Assembly: GCA_033762295.1 (NCBI GenBank)
Contig: JANRLW010000022.1
Coordinates: 1-19,135, forward strand
DNA length: 19,135 bases
Direction: 5' to 3'
Source of the DNA: Capsulimonadales bacterium
GTDB lineage: Bacteria; Armatimonadota; Armatimonadia; Armatimonadales; Armatimonadaceae
Of this stretch, positions 7,087 to 14,782 are shown one piece after another. The notes beneath the pieces were generated by a model that searched no databases, had not been told where the DNA came from, and saw only the letters and a list, made by a program, of their open reading frames with translations. How positions within the stretch are numbered: position 1 is the first letter of the stretch; each line of letters opens with the position of its first letter. Both the position numbers and the translations under genes were made by a program.

Positions 7087-8232
7087 TCAGCGGAAGAGTT
7101 TTGGGGTGAATTCGATGAGGTAGTCGCGCCAGATGAGCCAGGTATGGCCTCCTTCGGTCCGGTGATCGACGACGTCGAAGCCGTGTTTTTTGTAGAGGGC
7201 GACGGTGGCGTTATGGGTGTCGAGCAGGAAGTCGTCCTTGCCGATGCCCATCCAGAAGAGTTTAAGGTCTTTTTTGAGGGAGGCATCGTCGAGCAGGGCG
7301 CGGTTGTCGGTTTCGTAGGTAAAGGGGGGCGGGGCCGGTTGGCCGGGCCGGTTCCTCGGGACGATGCCGAAGAGGCCGGAACTGTAGACGCCGATGTAGC
7401 CGAAATCCTTGAGGTTGGGAATGGCGACGGCGAGGGTCTGAAAGCCGCCCATTGAGAGACCGGCGATGGCGCGGCTGGCCCGGTCGGTTTTAACGCGATA
7501 GGTGCGCTCGATATAGGGGCGAAGGTCTTTGTTGAAATCGTCGGTGAAGGCGCCGGGATTGAAGCCGCCGGTCATCGGGCCGGTGTGTCCGGCGGGCATG
7601 ACGACGATCATGGGGACGGCTTTTCCGGCGGCGATCAGGTTGTCGAAGATGATGTTGGCGCGACCGACGGAGGTCCAGGAATCGTCACAGTCCCCGGCTC
7701 CATGCAGGAGGTAGAAGACGGGGTAGGACCGGTCGGATTTTTCGTAGCCGGGCGGCGTGTAGACGTGCATGCGCCGGGGCCGACCGAGGGAGGTGGAGTG
7801 GTAGGTGACGGCGGCGACCGCGCCATGAGGGACGTTTTTGATGTCCATGAGGTCGGCTCCGGGGACGACGGCGAGGCTCCAACTGTTGGCGTTGGACTCG
7901 CTGACCGCGGGGTTGCGCGGGTCGAGGGTCGGAACGCCGTCGATGTTGAAGCGATAGCGGTAGGCGCCGGCGGGTACGGGGCCGAGGGTCACTTCCCAGA
8001 GATCGTTTTCTTTTTTGGTGAGGGTGTACGCTTCCGGGTTGGCAGCGGGAATGTCGCCGGCATCGAGGCGAACGGCGGTTGCTTTCGGGGCAAGGATGCG
8101 AAAGGTGAGTTTTCGCTCGGCGGTTACCTCGATGGAGGCGAACTGCGGCGGCGGTTGCGCCGTGGTGCGTCGTGGCGCGGCGAACACCAGGGCGGTGACG
8201 AGCAGAGTGGCAACGAGCATGGTTGTTTTCAT
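7087..8232 (-). CDS. Secreted esterase (Ig-like/CBM48-like N-domain plus CE1-type alpha/beta hydrolase)
   Basis: Signal peptide; VYTPPGY, YPVFYLLHGAGD, nucleophile elbow AGLSMGG, GGHTWLIWRDYL. Confidence 0.9.
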   Translation of the reverse strand: MKTTMLVATLLVTALVFAAPRRTTAQPPPQFASIEVTAERKLTFRILAPKATAVRLDAGDIPAANPEAYTLTKKENDLWEVTLGPVPAGAYRYRFNIDGVPTLDPRNPAVSESNANSWSLAVVPGADLMDIKNVPHGAVAAVTYHSTSLGRPRRMHVYTPPGYEKSDRSYPVFYLLHGAGDCDDSWTSVGRANIIFDNLIAAGKAVPMIVVMPAGHTGPMTGGFNPGAFTDDFNKDLRPYIERTYRVKTDRASRAIAGLSMGGFQTLAVAIPNLKDFGYIGVYSSGLFGIVPRNRPGQPAPPPFTYETDNRALLDDASLKKDLKLFWMGIGKDDFLLDTHNATVALYKKHGFDVVDHRTEGGHTWLIWRDYLIEFTPKLFR

Positions 8233-8250
8233 AGTTTTTACCTTTAGATG

Positions 8251-8410
8251 GCCCCCCGGCCCCCGTAAACGGGGGAGCGGAGGCCCCCCGGCCCCCGTAA
8301 ACGGGGGAGCGGAGACCCCCCGGCCCCCGTAAACGGGGGAGCGGAGGCCCCCCGGCCCCCGTAAACGGGGGAGTGGAGGCCCCCCGGCCCCCGTAAACGG
8401 GGGAGTGGAG
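8251..8410. repeat. Tandem array of five 32-bp palindromic units with no spacers
   Basis: (G/A)CCCCCCGGCCCCCGTAAACGGGGGAG(C/T)GGAG at 8251, 8283, 8315, 8347 and 8379; internal stem CCCCCG-TAAA-CGGGGG. Confidence 0.97.
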
Positions 8411-8447
8411 ATCCCTCGCTCAGGCGGTGGGAACGACGGGTGGGATT

Positions 8448-9269
8448 TTAGCGGTCGGGGAAGGGCCAGATACGGTCCCAGGCGTCGAGCCAGTCTTTGC
8501 CGTGGGCGCGGACTTTGAGCGGTTCGATGATTTCGACGTGGTCACGGCCCCGGAACTGACCGACTTTATCGACGGTTTCGACTTCGATAGTGATGGTGGT
8601 CGGACGCGCGGGAACGTAGACGTGGCCTTTATTCAGGCGAGAGAGGGCTTCACGGGCACCGTCTTCGATCATCCGGCGGGCGCGCAGGGGCGGAATCTGG
8701 CGGGCGGAGAAGCGGGTGAGACCGCGTTTGACGGCGACGTAGACCGGGGCATCGCCGAGGATTTCGCGGGATTCGCGGCAGACGGCTTCATCTCCGGTGA
8801 CGAGGGCGATGGGGCATCCGTAGTGTCCGCAGAGGGCGGCGTTGATGCCGAGTTCACCGACGAGGTCGTCGTTGAACCAGAGGTTGCGCCAGGTGACGGT
8901 GGAGATCGTGTGGCAGAGGACGCCATCGGGGGTTCCGGCGCGGGCGTGCATTCCGACCATGAGGGCGGCGTCGCACCCCGTCTCCAGGAGTTCGGTATAG
9001 CGGGACCATTTGTGGTGGGCGACCCATTCGCAGTCGGGATGCAGGAGTTCGGGGATGAAGGAGTTGAAGGTCCAGTCCCCGCCTGCGCCATGGCAGTCGA
9101 CGGCGACGATTTCGGTGGCTCCGGCGGCGAGCGCACCGCGTACGGCGGCGTTGATTTCCTCGGTGTAGAGTCGTCGGGCTTCCTCGAACATGGGGGAGCC
9201 GCCCTCGACCTGTTTCCAGGTGACGATTCCGCTGACGCCTTCCATATCGGACATGATGAGGATTTTCAT
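8448..9269 (-). CDS. dppA: M55 family metallopeptidase (D-aminopeptidase DppA-like)
   Basis: MKILIMSDMEGVSG, EINAAVRGA, VDCHG, GMHARAG..GVLCHT, LVTGD motifs. Confidence 0.9.
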   Translation of the reverse strand: MKILIMSDMEGVSGIVTWKQVEGGSPMFEEARRLYTEEINAAVRGALAAGATEIVAVDCHGAGGDWTFNSFIPELLHPDCEWVAHHKWSRYTELLETGCDAALMVGMHARAGTPDGVLCHTISTVTWRNLWFNDDLVGELGINAALCGHYGCPIALVTGDEAVCRESREILGDAPVYVAVKRGLTRFSARQIPPLRARRMIEDGAREALSRLNKGHVYVPARPTTITIEVETVDKVGQFRGRDHVEIIEPLKVRAHGKDWLDAWDRIWPFPDR

Positions 9270-9349
9270 GGGGCCTTTCGGGCGATGGCAGTGGTGGGTT
9301 GGGGGTTAGGTTGGGCGGGTCGGAGCGGATTTCCTGCGTGAACAGGCCG

Positions 9350-9391
9350 CGACCTGACACCGGATCGGTCTGCCGGATCGGTGTCAGGTCG
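9350..9391. terminator. 13-bp inverted repeat downstream of the lipoprotein gene
   Basis: CGACCTGACACCG...CGGTGTCAGGTCG. No U-tract, so it may be a stabiliser hairpin or a binding site. Confidence 0.45.
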
Positions 9392-9421
9392 TGGAGGGAG
9401 GGGGCGGGTTCGGCGACCGGC

Positions 9422-9643
9422 TCAGCGGCTGGCCGGGGGGGTGGTCGCCCTGGTGCCCTGCATGTAGTAGTCGGCCTGTCCGGGCGGGACGCGTTCGTTT
9501 TTGCGGAGGTCCTGGAATTCGGGTGCGGCTTTGCCGACGACCTGGCGGTTGACTTCGGGTTCGGCGGGGCGGCATCCGGTCAGGAGCAGGAGTCCGGCGG
9601 CGAGGGCCGTCGTGAGTGTCCGGTGATGGGTTTGTTTTTTCAT
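9422..9643 (-). CDS. Small lipoprotein (73 aa)
   Basis: MKKQ basic N-terminus, hydrophobic stretch, lipobox LTGC; lies directly after the prepilin-type gene. Confidence 0.7.
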   Translation of the reverse strand: MKKQTHHRTLTTALAAGLLLLTGCRPAEPEVNRQVVGKAAPEFQDLRKNERVPPGQADYYMQGTRATTPPASR

Positions 9644-9698
9644 GTTGGTTCGGGGGGAAGGGGCCGAAGGGACCATGGGCGGTCCCTTCGGCATCGAA

Positions 9699-10616
9699 TT
9701 AGAACCAGTTGACGGCCCAGCGGAGTTCACCCCAGACGGTTCGACCGTCCTGTCCGGGTGTGACGTGCCGCCACCAGGGGAGGACCTGGTTGATCTGGGA
9801 GCGGCGGTTGGCCCCTTCGCCACTGACGATCCGGAACCATTTGGCATGTCCGTCTGCGAAGGCGAAGTTTGCGCCGCCGGCATGGAACGGGGTGTTGACC
9901 GCGCCGCTCGCGCCGTTGATGCCGCAGTGTTCGGCGGCCCAACCGGGGGTGGTGACGATATTGCCGGCGGGGAAGTTTTCGATGCCGGGGAACGGGCTTC
10001 CGTCGTAGGCGACGCCGGTGAGGAGGCATCCGACGTTCTCGGCGATGATCGGCGACCCGCTGTTCATCGCGGGGTTATTGGCCATTCCCCACATTCGTCC
10101 CTCGGTGAAGGTGATGGTGTCGGCGGGGGCGACGAAACCGGCGAGGGCGACGGGGTTATGCTGAGCGTTGGCGGTGCCGTGGAGATCCCAGCGATATCCG
10201 GCGAGCATATCGTTGAAGAGATAGGTCGTCGGGGTGAGATCATAGCGGGAGCGCTGGTTGGAGCCGTCGGAGGGACATTTCTTGACCTGCTGGTTCTTCA
10301 TATAGGGGAGGAGGGAGTTGAACCATTGCGAGGTCCAGGGCGGGGTCTGGAGTTCGTGCATGAATTCGGCTCCGCCCATCGGACTGCGTTCATCGTAGTC
10401 CTGAACGTACATGACGAAGGCGAGGCCCCATTGCTTCATATTGGAGAGACAGGAGGCCTGCCGGGCTTTCTCGCGAGCCTGAGCGAAGACGGGGAAGAGG
10501 ATCGCGGCCAGAATGGCGATAATAGCGATAACCACGAGCAGTTCGATGAGCGTGAAAGCGGACCGGGAAGGGGAACGGCGGTTGGTCCGTCGGGAAACCG
10601 GCGATTGGTGCAGCAT
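9699..10616 (-). CDS. Prepilin-type N-terminal cleavage / H-X9-DG domain protein (DUF1559-like)
   Basis: [64 protein letters not shown]. Confidence 0.93.
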   Translation of the reverse strand: MLHQSPVSRRTNRRSPSRSAFTLIELLVVIAIIAILAAILFPVFAQAREKARQASCLSNMKQWGLAFVMYVQDYDERSPMGGAEFMHELQTPPWTSQWFNSLLPYMKNQQVKKCPSDGSNQRSRYDLTPTTYLFNDMLAGYRWDLHGTANAQHNPVALAGFVAPADTITFTEGRMWGMANNPAMNSGSPIIAENVGCLLTGVAYDGSPFPGIENFPAGNIVTTPGWAAEHCGINGASGAVNTPFHAGGANFAFADGHAKWFRIVSGEGANRRSQINQVLPWWRHVTPGQDGRTVWGELRWAVNWF

Positions 10617-10813
10617 TGCGATACTTTGCCTTTCTACATCGAGTGAGTCGCGCCAACGTTCTGCGCCGGGCATGAAGCGCAGGAGGGAAGCGACGGCGGT
10701 GTTTTGTTGGGGCGAGCCCGATCGGCCCCGTCGCCGTCAATTTATGATAACGATTCCATAGGCTCTTCGGTTCCCGATCTCTCGTATTTTTTTCAATGAA
10801 TTTGTTTGGGGGT

Positions 10814-11716
10814 TCAGGGGCGATCGGTTGCTGGCGGGGATGTGTCGGTGTCGACGAGGGTGGTCAGGGTGACGCCGGGGTAACGGTTCGGGAGGATCGA
10901 GGGGGTGATGCGATAATCGGCGAAGCGGCGGGGGGCGAGGACGTCGGGTTGAAGTTCGACGTGGACGGTGTCGAAGAGGGACTGTGCGGGGGCATTACCG
11001 AGGGGGGAATCGTGGGAGAAGATCCGGAGTCCGCGGCAGACCATGTTTCCTCGGGCGGCGGAGCGATCGAGGTCCCAGAAGTGGGTGAGGGCTTCCCAGA
11101 GGAGGGCGAGGTCGGCTTCGGTGACGCCGGTTTGTCGTGCGAGCGGAGCGGAGACGTATCCGTAGGCGCGGTAGAGGGCGTAAGGTACGACGGCTTTTCG
11201 GGCGAAGGTGCGGTTTTCTCCTCCCTGGAGTTCGGATTCCTTGCCTGTGGCGACGGCAGTCCGTGTGAGGAGGAGGTCCATCGGGAAGATGGGGTCGAAG
11301 GAGCGGGCGAAGGTGAACTGAACGGGTCCGCGCACCTGGCCGGCGTTGAACTCTTTCAGGGACATGACGGCCCCGAAGAGGCGGACGTCGTAGAACAGTT
11401 CGCACATGCGACGTCGGGCGGCGTCGGGGGTTGCGGCGGCACCGAGGGAGTCGTAGGCTCGCTGCCGTTGTCGGGCGAGGACGGATTTTTCCTGTACGTA
11501 GATATCGAAGCCGGGGCGATCCTCGGCGGTGAGGGTGACGTAGTTGCGGATTTTTCGTTTGAGACAGACATCGGTGACGATCCCGTGACCGGTTTGCGGG
11601 TCGGCGCGGGGTAGGTTTCCGGCTTCGGGGTCGCCGTTGGGGTTGCCGTCGGTGACGTCGAACAGCAGGAGGAAATCGTGGCGGCGGTTCGGATCGGTAT
11701 GGATGGATGGTTTCAC
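10814..11716 (-). CDS. cas7c: Type I-C Cas7 (Csd2)
   Basis: FDVTDGNPNGDPEAGNLPR, VTDVCLKRKIRNYV, YDVRLFGAVM, GQVRGPVQF, DRSAARG, HDSPLGNAPA. The GTG start overlaps the cas5 stop (GTGA), with a GGAG RBS. Confidence 0.96.
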   Translation of the reverse strand: MKPSIHTDPNRRHDFLLLFDVTDGNPNGDPEAGNLPRADPQTGHGIVTDVCLKRKIRNYVTLTAEDRPGFDIYVQEKSVLARQRQRAYDSLGAAATPDAARRRMCELFYDVRLFGAVMSLKEFNAGQVRGPVQFTFARSFDPIFPMDLLLTRTAVATGKESELQGGENRTFARKAVVPYALYRAYGYVSAPLARQTGVTEADLALLWEALTHFWDLDRSAARGNMVCRGLRIFSHDSPLGNAPAQSLFDTVHVELQPDVLAPRRFADYRITPSILPNRYPGVTLTTLVDTDTSPPATDRP

Positions 11717-12417
11717 GGGTGGCGCTCCGGGCGATCGTAGAGGTGTGCGGGCACGTGGAGGACGCCGCGGCGGACGTGCGCGACGAAGAACCGGGGCTGG
11801 TTTTCCTCCGGGTCGGCGGCGTAGTCGATGTCGAAGAGCATGCGCTCGGGGGGCAGGTCGACGGGAACGGGTTTGAGGGGACCGGGATATCGTTCGGGCG
11901 GGAGGAAATCGGCGGCGAATTCCCGGCATCCGAGGGCGGGTCGGTGGAAACAGCGTCCTTTGTCGACGCGTCGTCGGAAAGCGTCACGAAACCGGGCGAT
12001 CGGTTCGGGAACGTCGGTTCGTGGTTCGATATCGGCGCAGATGCGGTAGGCGACGTTGCGGAGGGCGAGGGTATGTCTTTGCGTGCGACGTTCGGCGATA
12101 TCGATCGGGCGGGGTCGTTTCCTGCGGGGATCGGGGACGGTGTCGGTGAGTTCGTTTCGGAGCAGGGAGACGAAGGCGATCGGTCGAAGGATTTCGATCC
12201 GGCGGATTCGGTAGCGGAATTCGGGTTTCCAGTAGATGGCTTCGAGCATTCCGCGTGCGGCGGACGGTGTGGGGAGGGGATAGGAGACGCGTTCGACCTT
12301 CGTTTCGGGGCGTGTGAAGCAGGCGTACTCACCGAGGAGGACGGCTTCGACGGGTGGGGTTTTCGGATCGGACGCGCCCTGCGCCGCAGGGCGGTCCATT
12401 CGAGTTTCAATCCTCAT
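11713..12417 (-). CDS. cas5c: Type I-C Cas5 (Cas5d)
   Basis: GEYACFTRPETKVERVSYPLPTPSAARGMLEAIYWKP, RTQRHTLALRNVAY, KGRCFHRPALGCREF. ATGA overlap with cas8c; alternative ATG at 12399. Confidence 0.96.
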   Translation of the reverse strand: MRIETRMDRPAAQGASDPKTPPVEAVLLGEYACFTRPETKVERVSYPLPTPSAARGMLEAIYWKPEFRYRIRRIEILRPIAFVSLLRNELTDTVPDPRRKRPRPIDIAERRTQRHTLALRNVAYRICADIEPRTDVPEPIARFRDAFRRRVDKGRCFHRPALGCREFAADFLPPERYPGPLKPVPVDLPPERMLFDIDYAADPEENQPRFFVAHVRRGVLHVPAHLYDRPERHP

Positions 12418-12449
12418 CCGCCGGTCTCCGTTTCGGAGGCGGATGCGAC
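12404..12449 (-). CRISPR. Solitary type I-C CRISPR-repeat-like element at the cas8c/cas5 junction (not an array)
   Basis: GTCGCATCCGCCTCCGAAACGGAGACCGGCGGATGAGGATTGAAAC: GTCGC start, 8-bp stem CATCCGCC/GGCGGATG, 11-nt tail AGGATTGAAAC. No second copy found by eye. Confidence 0.75.
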
Positions 12450-14096
12450 GGGGGGGCGTTCGCGTTGTTCGGGGGGATAGGGGACGCGGACGACCGGGCG
12501 GGGTGCGTTCGGGAAGTGCCGTTCGGTTCTTTCGGCGAAGTAACCGAGGGCGAACGCGGCCTGTTGTTCGGGGGTCAGTGTTTCGGGGAGGGGGTGGGGG
12601 AGGGGGTGGTGCGGGGCGAGCGGGTACTGGGTATCAAAGTCTTCGGGCATCCGGGCGGCGAAGGCGTCGCGCGGGCGGGTCATGGCATGGGCGAGGCGTC
12701 GTTGGGCGAAGCGGTAGTCGCCACGGGCGGCGGCGGTTCGTTCGAGTTGAGAAAACAGGCGTCCGAGCCGGGCGGCGTCGGAAGTGGCATCATGGAGGGC
12801 CGACGTTTCGGGTCGTGCGGCGAGGAGGAGTTTGAACAGGGCGGCGAGCGGGCGGGGAACGAGTTCGGGTGCGGGGTGGGCACCGGGATCGTGGGGGGTG
12901 TATCCGACCTGGCAGCGTCGGAGGGCGCGGGGTAGGAGGGCGTTCGGCGGCGGTGTGTCGGTGAGTGCGCAGGCGACCATGGCGTCGTAGAGGGCGTTGG
13001 GCACGTCGGCGCGGGTCGGGAAGGCGGCTTCGGTGATCCGGCTGACGGGCAGGGGTTCGGCTTCGAGATCGTTCCAGGGGTCGGGGACGGCGGTGAGGCG
13101 GTTCCAGCGTTGTTCGGCGGCTTCGAGTTCGGCGGCGGTGAGTCGGAATCCGGAGCGGAACACGATCCGTCCGCCGCTGTGGCAGGAGAGTCCGATCAGG
13201 AAGCAGGGGGCTTCCGGGGGGAGGGGCGTTCCGGTTTCGGCGGCGTGGCCGACGAGGAGGCGTCGAGCGGCGGGGACGGCGCCTTCGGGGGACCAGGCGA
13301 CGTAGCGGATGCCTCGATCCCAGTCGCCGAGGGTGAAGGCGTGGGTTTCGGAATCGAGAAGGGATTCAAGGGCGAGAGCGGTTCGTTCGGCGGCATCGCG
13401 TCCGATCGGGGCGGAGAATTCACCGAGGTTATGTGACCGGAAGGCTTCGGCGTTGAGGGAGGAGAGGGCGGCTCCGGAGGGTTGTGCGCCGGGGACGTTT
13501 CGGAGGGAGACGGGGAGGCGTGGTTCGACGGAGGCGGGTTTTCCGGTGACGAGGCAGATCATGCGGCGGGCGCGTGGCTGGCGCAGGCAGTCATACCAGA
13601 AGTTTCGGACGGCGGGCAGGTCCTGGGGGAAGTGTCCGTCGACGCGGAAGGCGATCCGGTCCGTCGGTTTGAGGTCTTCGGGCAGATCGATTTCGGGGCG
13701 TTCGGGGTTCCATCGTTCGAGGAAGGCGAGAACGGTGAGGAGTAGGGGGTCGCCGACGGTCTCGTAGCAGCGTCGGACGAGGTTTCGGAACGCGGCGCGG
13801 TGTTCGGGAAAGCGGTCGGTCGGGATGCGGGCGCGGAGACGGTCGGCGGGGTCGATACCGAGGACATATTTGGCGTTATCGACGAGCAGTACGGGGGCGA
13901 TATTGGAGGATCGTTCGCGGAAGGGGAGGCAGGAACGGACGGGTTCGGTGTTCCAGGTGACATGATCGGCGTCGTGGCGGGTATCGAGGACGTGTCGGAG
14001 GGTTTGCCAGCGGTATCCGGCCGGGGGGTAGGGCAGGCCGGGGTGGGTGCGGGCAAAGAGGATTTCGGCATCGCGGTGGAGTTCGGAAAGGAACAT
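12414..14096 (-). CDS. cas8c: Type I-C Cas8c (Csd1), divergent
   Basis: RSSNIAPVLLVDNAKYVLG, ICLVTG, GAQPSGAALSSLNAEAFRSH, GGRIVFR, LGRLFSQLE, LTPEQQAAFALGYF. Confidence 0.92.
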   Translation of the reverse strand: MFLSELHRDAEILFARTHPGLPYPPAGYRWQTLRHVLDTRHDADHVTWNTEPVRSCLPFRERSSNIAPVLLVDNAKYVLGIDPADRLRARIPTDRFPEHRAAFRNLVRRCYETVGDPLLLTVLAFLERWNPERPEIDLPEDLKPTDRIAFRVDGHFPQDLPAVRNFWYDCLRQPRARRMICLVTGKPASVEPRLPVSLRNVPGAQPSGAALSSLNAEAFRSHNLGEFSAPIGRDAAERTALALESLLDSETHAFTLGDWDRGIRYVAWSPEGAVPAARRLLVGHAAETGTPLPPEAPCFLIGLSCHSGGRIVFRSGFRLTAAELEAAEQRWNRLTAVPDPWNDLEAEPLPVSRITEAAFPTRADVPNALYDAMVACALTDTPPPNALLPRALRRCQVGYTPHDPGAHPAPELVPRPLAALFKLLLAARPETSALHDATSDAARLGRLFSQLERTAAARGDYRFAQRRLAHAMTRPRDAFAARMPEDFDTQYPLAPHHPLPHPLPETLTPEQQAAFALGYFAERTERHFPNAPRPVVRVPYPPEQRERPPVASASETETGG

Positions 14097-14144
14097 GACG
14101 TGTTAAGAAACTCCGTATCCTGGCGTCCAAACGTCGGTGTGTGG

Positions 14145-14173
14145 ATTGTACCGTTCGTCCGGTCGGCTGTCAA
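14145..14173 (-). promoter_or_regulatory. Sigma70-type promoter of the cas operon
   Basis: Minus strand TTGACA (14173-14168), 17 nt, TACAAT (14150-14145), about 50 nt upstream of the cas8c ATG. Confidence 0.8.
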
Positions 14174-14231
14174 TGGGATTTTTCTTCGCCGGGTCGGTCG
14201 GATCGCGTCCGGTCGTGCCATAATGGGGAGG

Positions 14232-14699
14232 ATGAATTACTGGCTGATCAAGAGCGAACCGTCGGTGTTTTCGATCGACGATCTGGCGCGGGTCGGGGTG
14301 ACGTGCTGGGACGGGATTCGGAATTACCAGGCGCGGAATTATTTGCGGGACGGGATGCGTGTGGGCGACCGTGTTTTGTTTTACCATTCGAACGCGGACC
14401 CTCCGGCGGTGGTGGGGATTGCGGAGGTGGTTCGGGAGGCGTATCCGGATTCGACGGCGCTGGACCCGGAGCATCCGCATTTCGATCCGCGCAGTACTCC
14501 GGAGAACCCGATCTGGCTGATGACGGATATCGGGTTTGTGGCGAAGTTTTCTTCGGCGGTGCCGCTGGAGCGTTTGAAGGACGAGGCGGAACTGTCGGGA
14601 ATGGCGGTGATTCGGCGGGGGATGCGTCTTTCGGTGCAGCCGGTGACGGAGGCGCATTTCCGTCGGGTGTGCGAGATGGGCGGGCTGACGTTTCCTTGA
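14232..14699 (+). CDS. EVE domain-containing protein
   Basis: MNYWLIKSEPSVFSIDDL, WDGIRNYQARNYLR, GDRVLFYHSN, RLSVQPV. Extended -10-like TGCCATAAT at 14216-14224. Confidence 0.95.
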   Translation: MNYWLIKSEPSVFSIDDLARVGVTCWDGIRNYQARNYLRDGMRVGDRVLFYHSNADPPAVVGIAEVVREAYPDSTALDPEHPHFDPRSTPENPIWLMTDIGFVAKFSSAVPLERLKDEAELSGMAVIRRGMRLSVQPVTEAHFRRVCEMGGLTFP

Positions 14700-14725
14700 C
14701 AGCGGATTTGCGGTGGCGATAGAAT
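14696..14725 (+). promoter_or_regulatory. Sigma70-type promoter upstream of purA
   Basis: TTGACA (14696-14701), 18 nt, TAGAAT (14720-14725). Confidence 0.65.
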
Positions 14726-14753
14726 AGGCCGTTCATTCGAGATTCCTCTAACG

Positions 14754-14782
14754 GGATAGCGTACGCTATCCTTTTTCTTTTT
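14754..14782 (+). terminator. Intrinsic terminator-like perfect palindrome
   Basis: GGATAGC-GTAC-GCTATCC followed by TTTTTCTTTTT. Confidence 0.7.

Noticed and set aside
8251..8410. CRISPR array for the nearby I-C genes
   Set aside because: Units are directly adjacent with no unique spacers, lack an ATTGAAAC-type end, and have dispersed relatives in a nearby CDS.
10680..10740. Fluoride or c-di-GMP riboswitch
   Set aside because: Only scattered motif similarity; spacing and downstream gene do not fit.
10995..12410. Long alternative-frame ORFs (e.g. 471 aa here, also 6127-7032, 8427-9341, 9642-10646)
   Set aside because: Low-complexity shadow ORFs of well-supported genes, expected at high GC.
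14137..14152. GTGTGTGGATTGTAC as a second degenerate CRISPR repeat
   Set aside because: It is on the opposite strand, has no stem, and is explained by the -10 box of the cas promoter.
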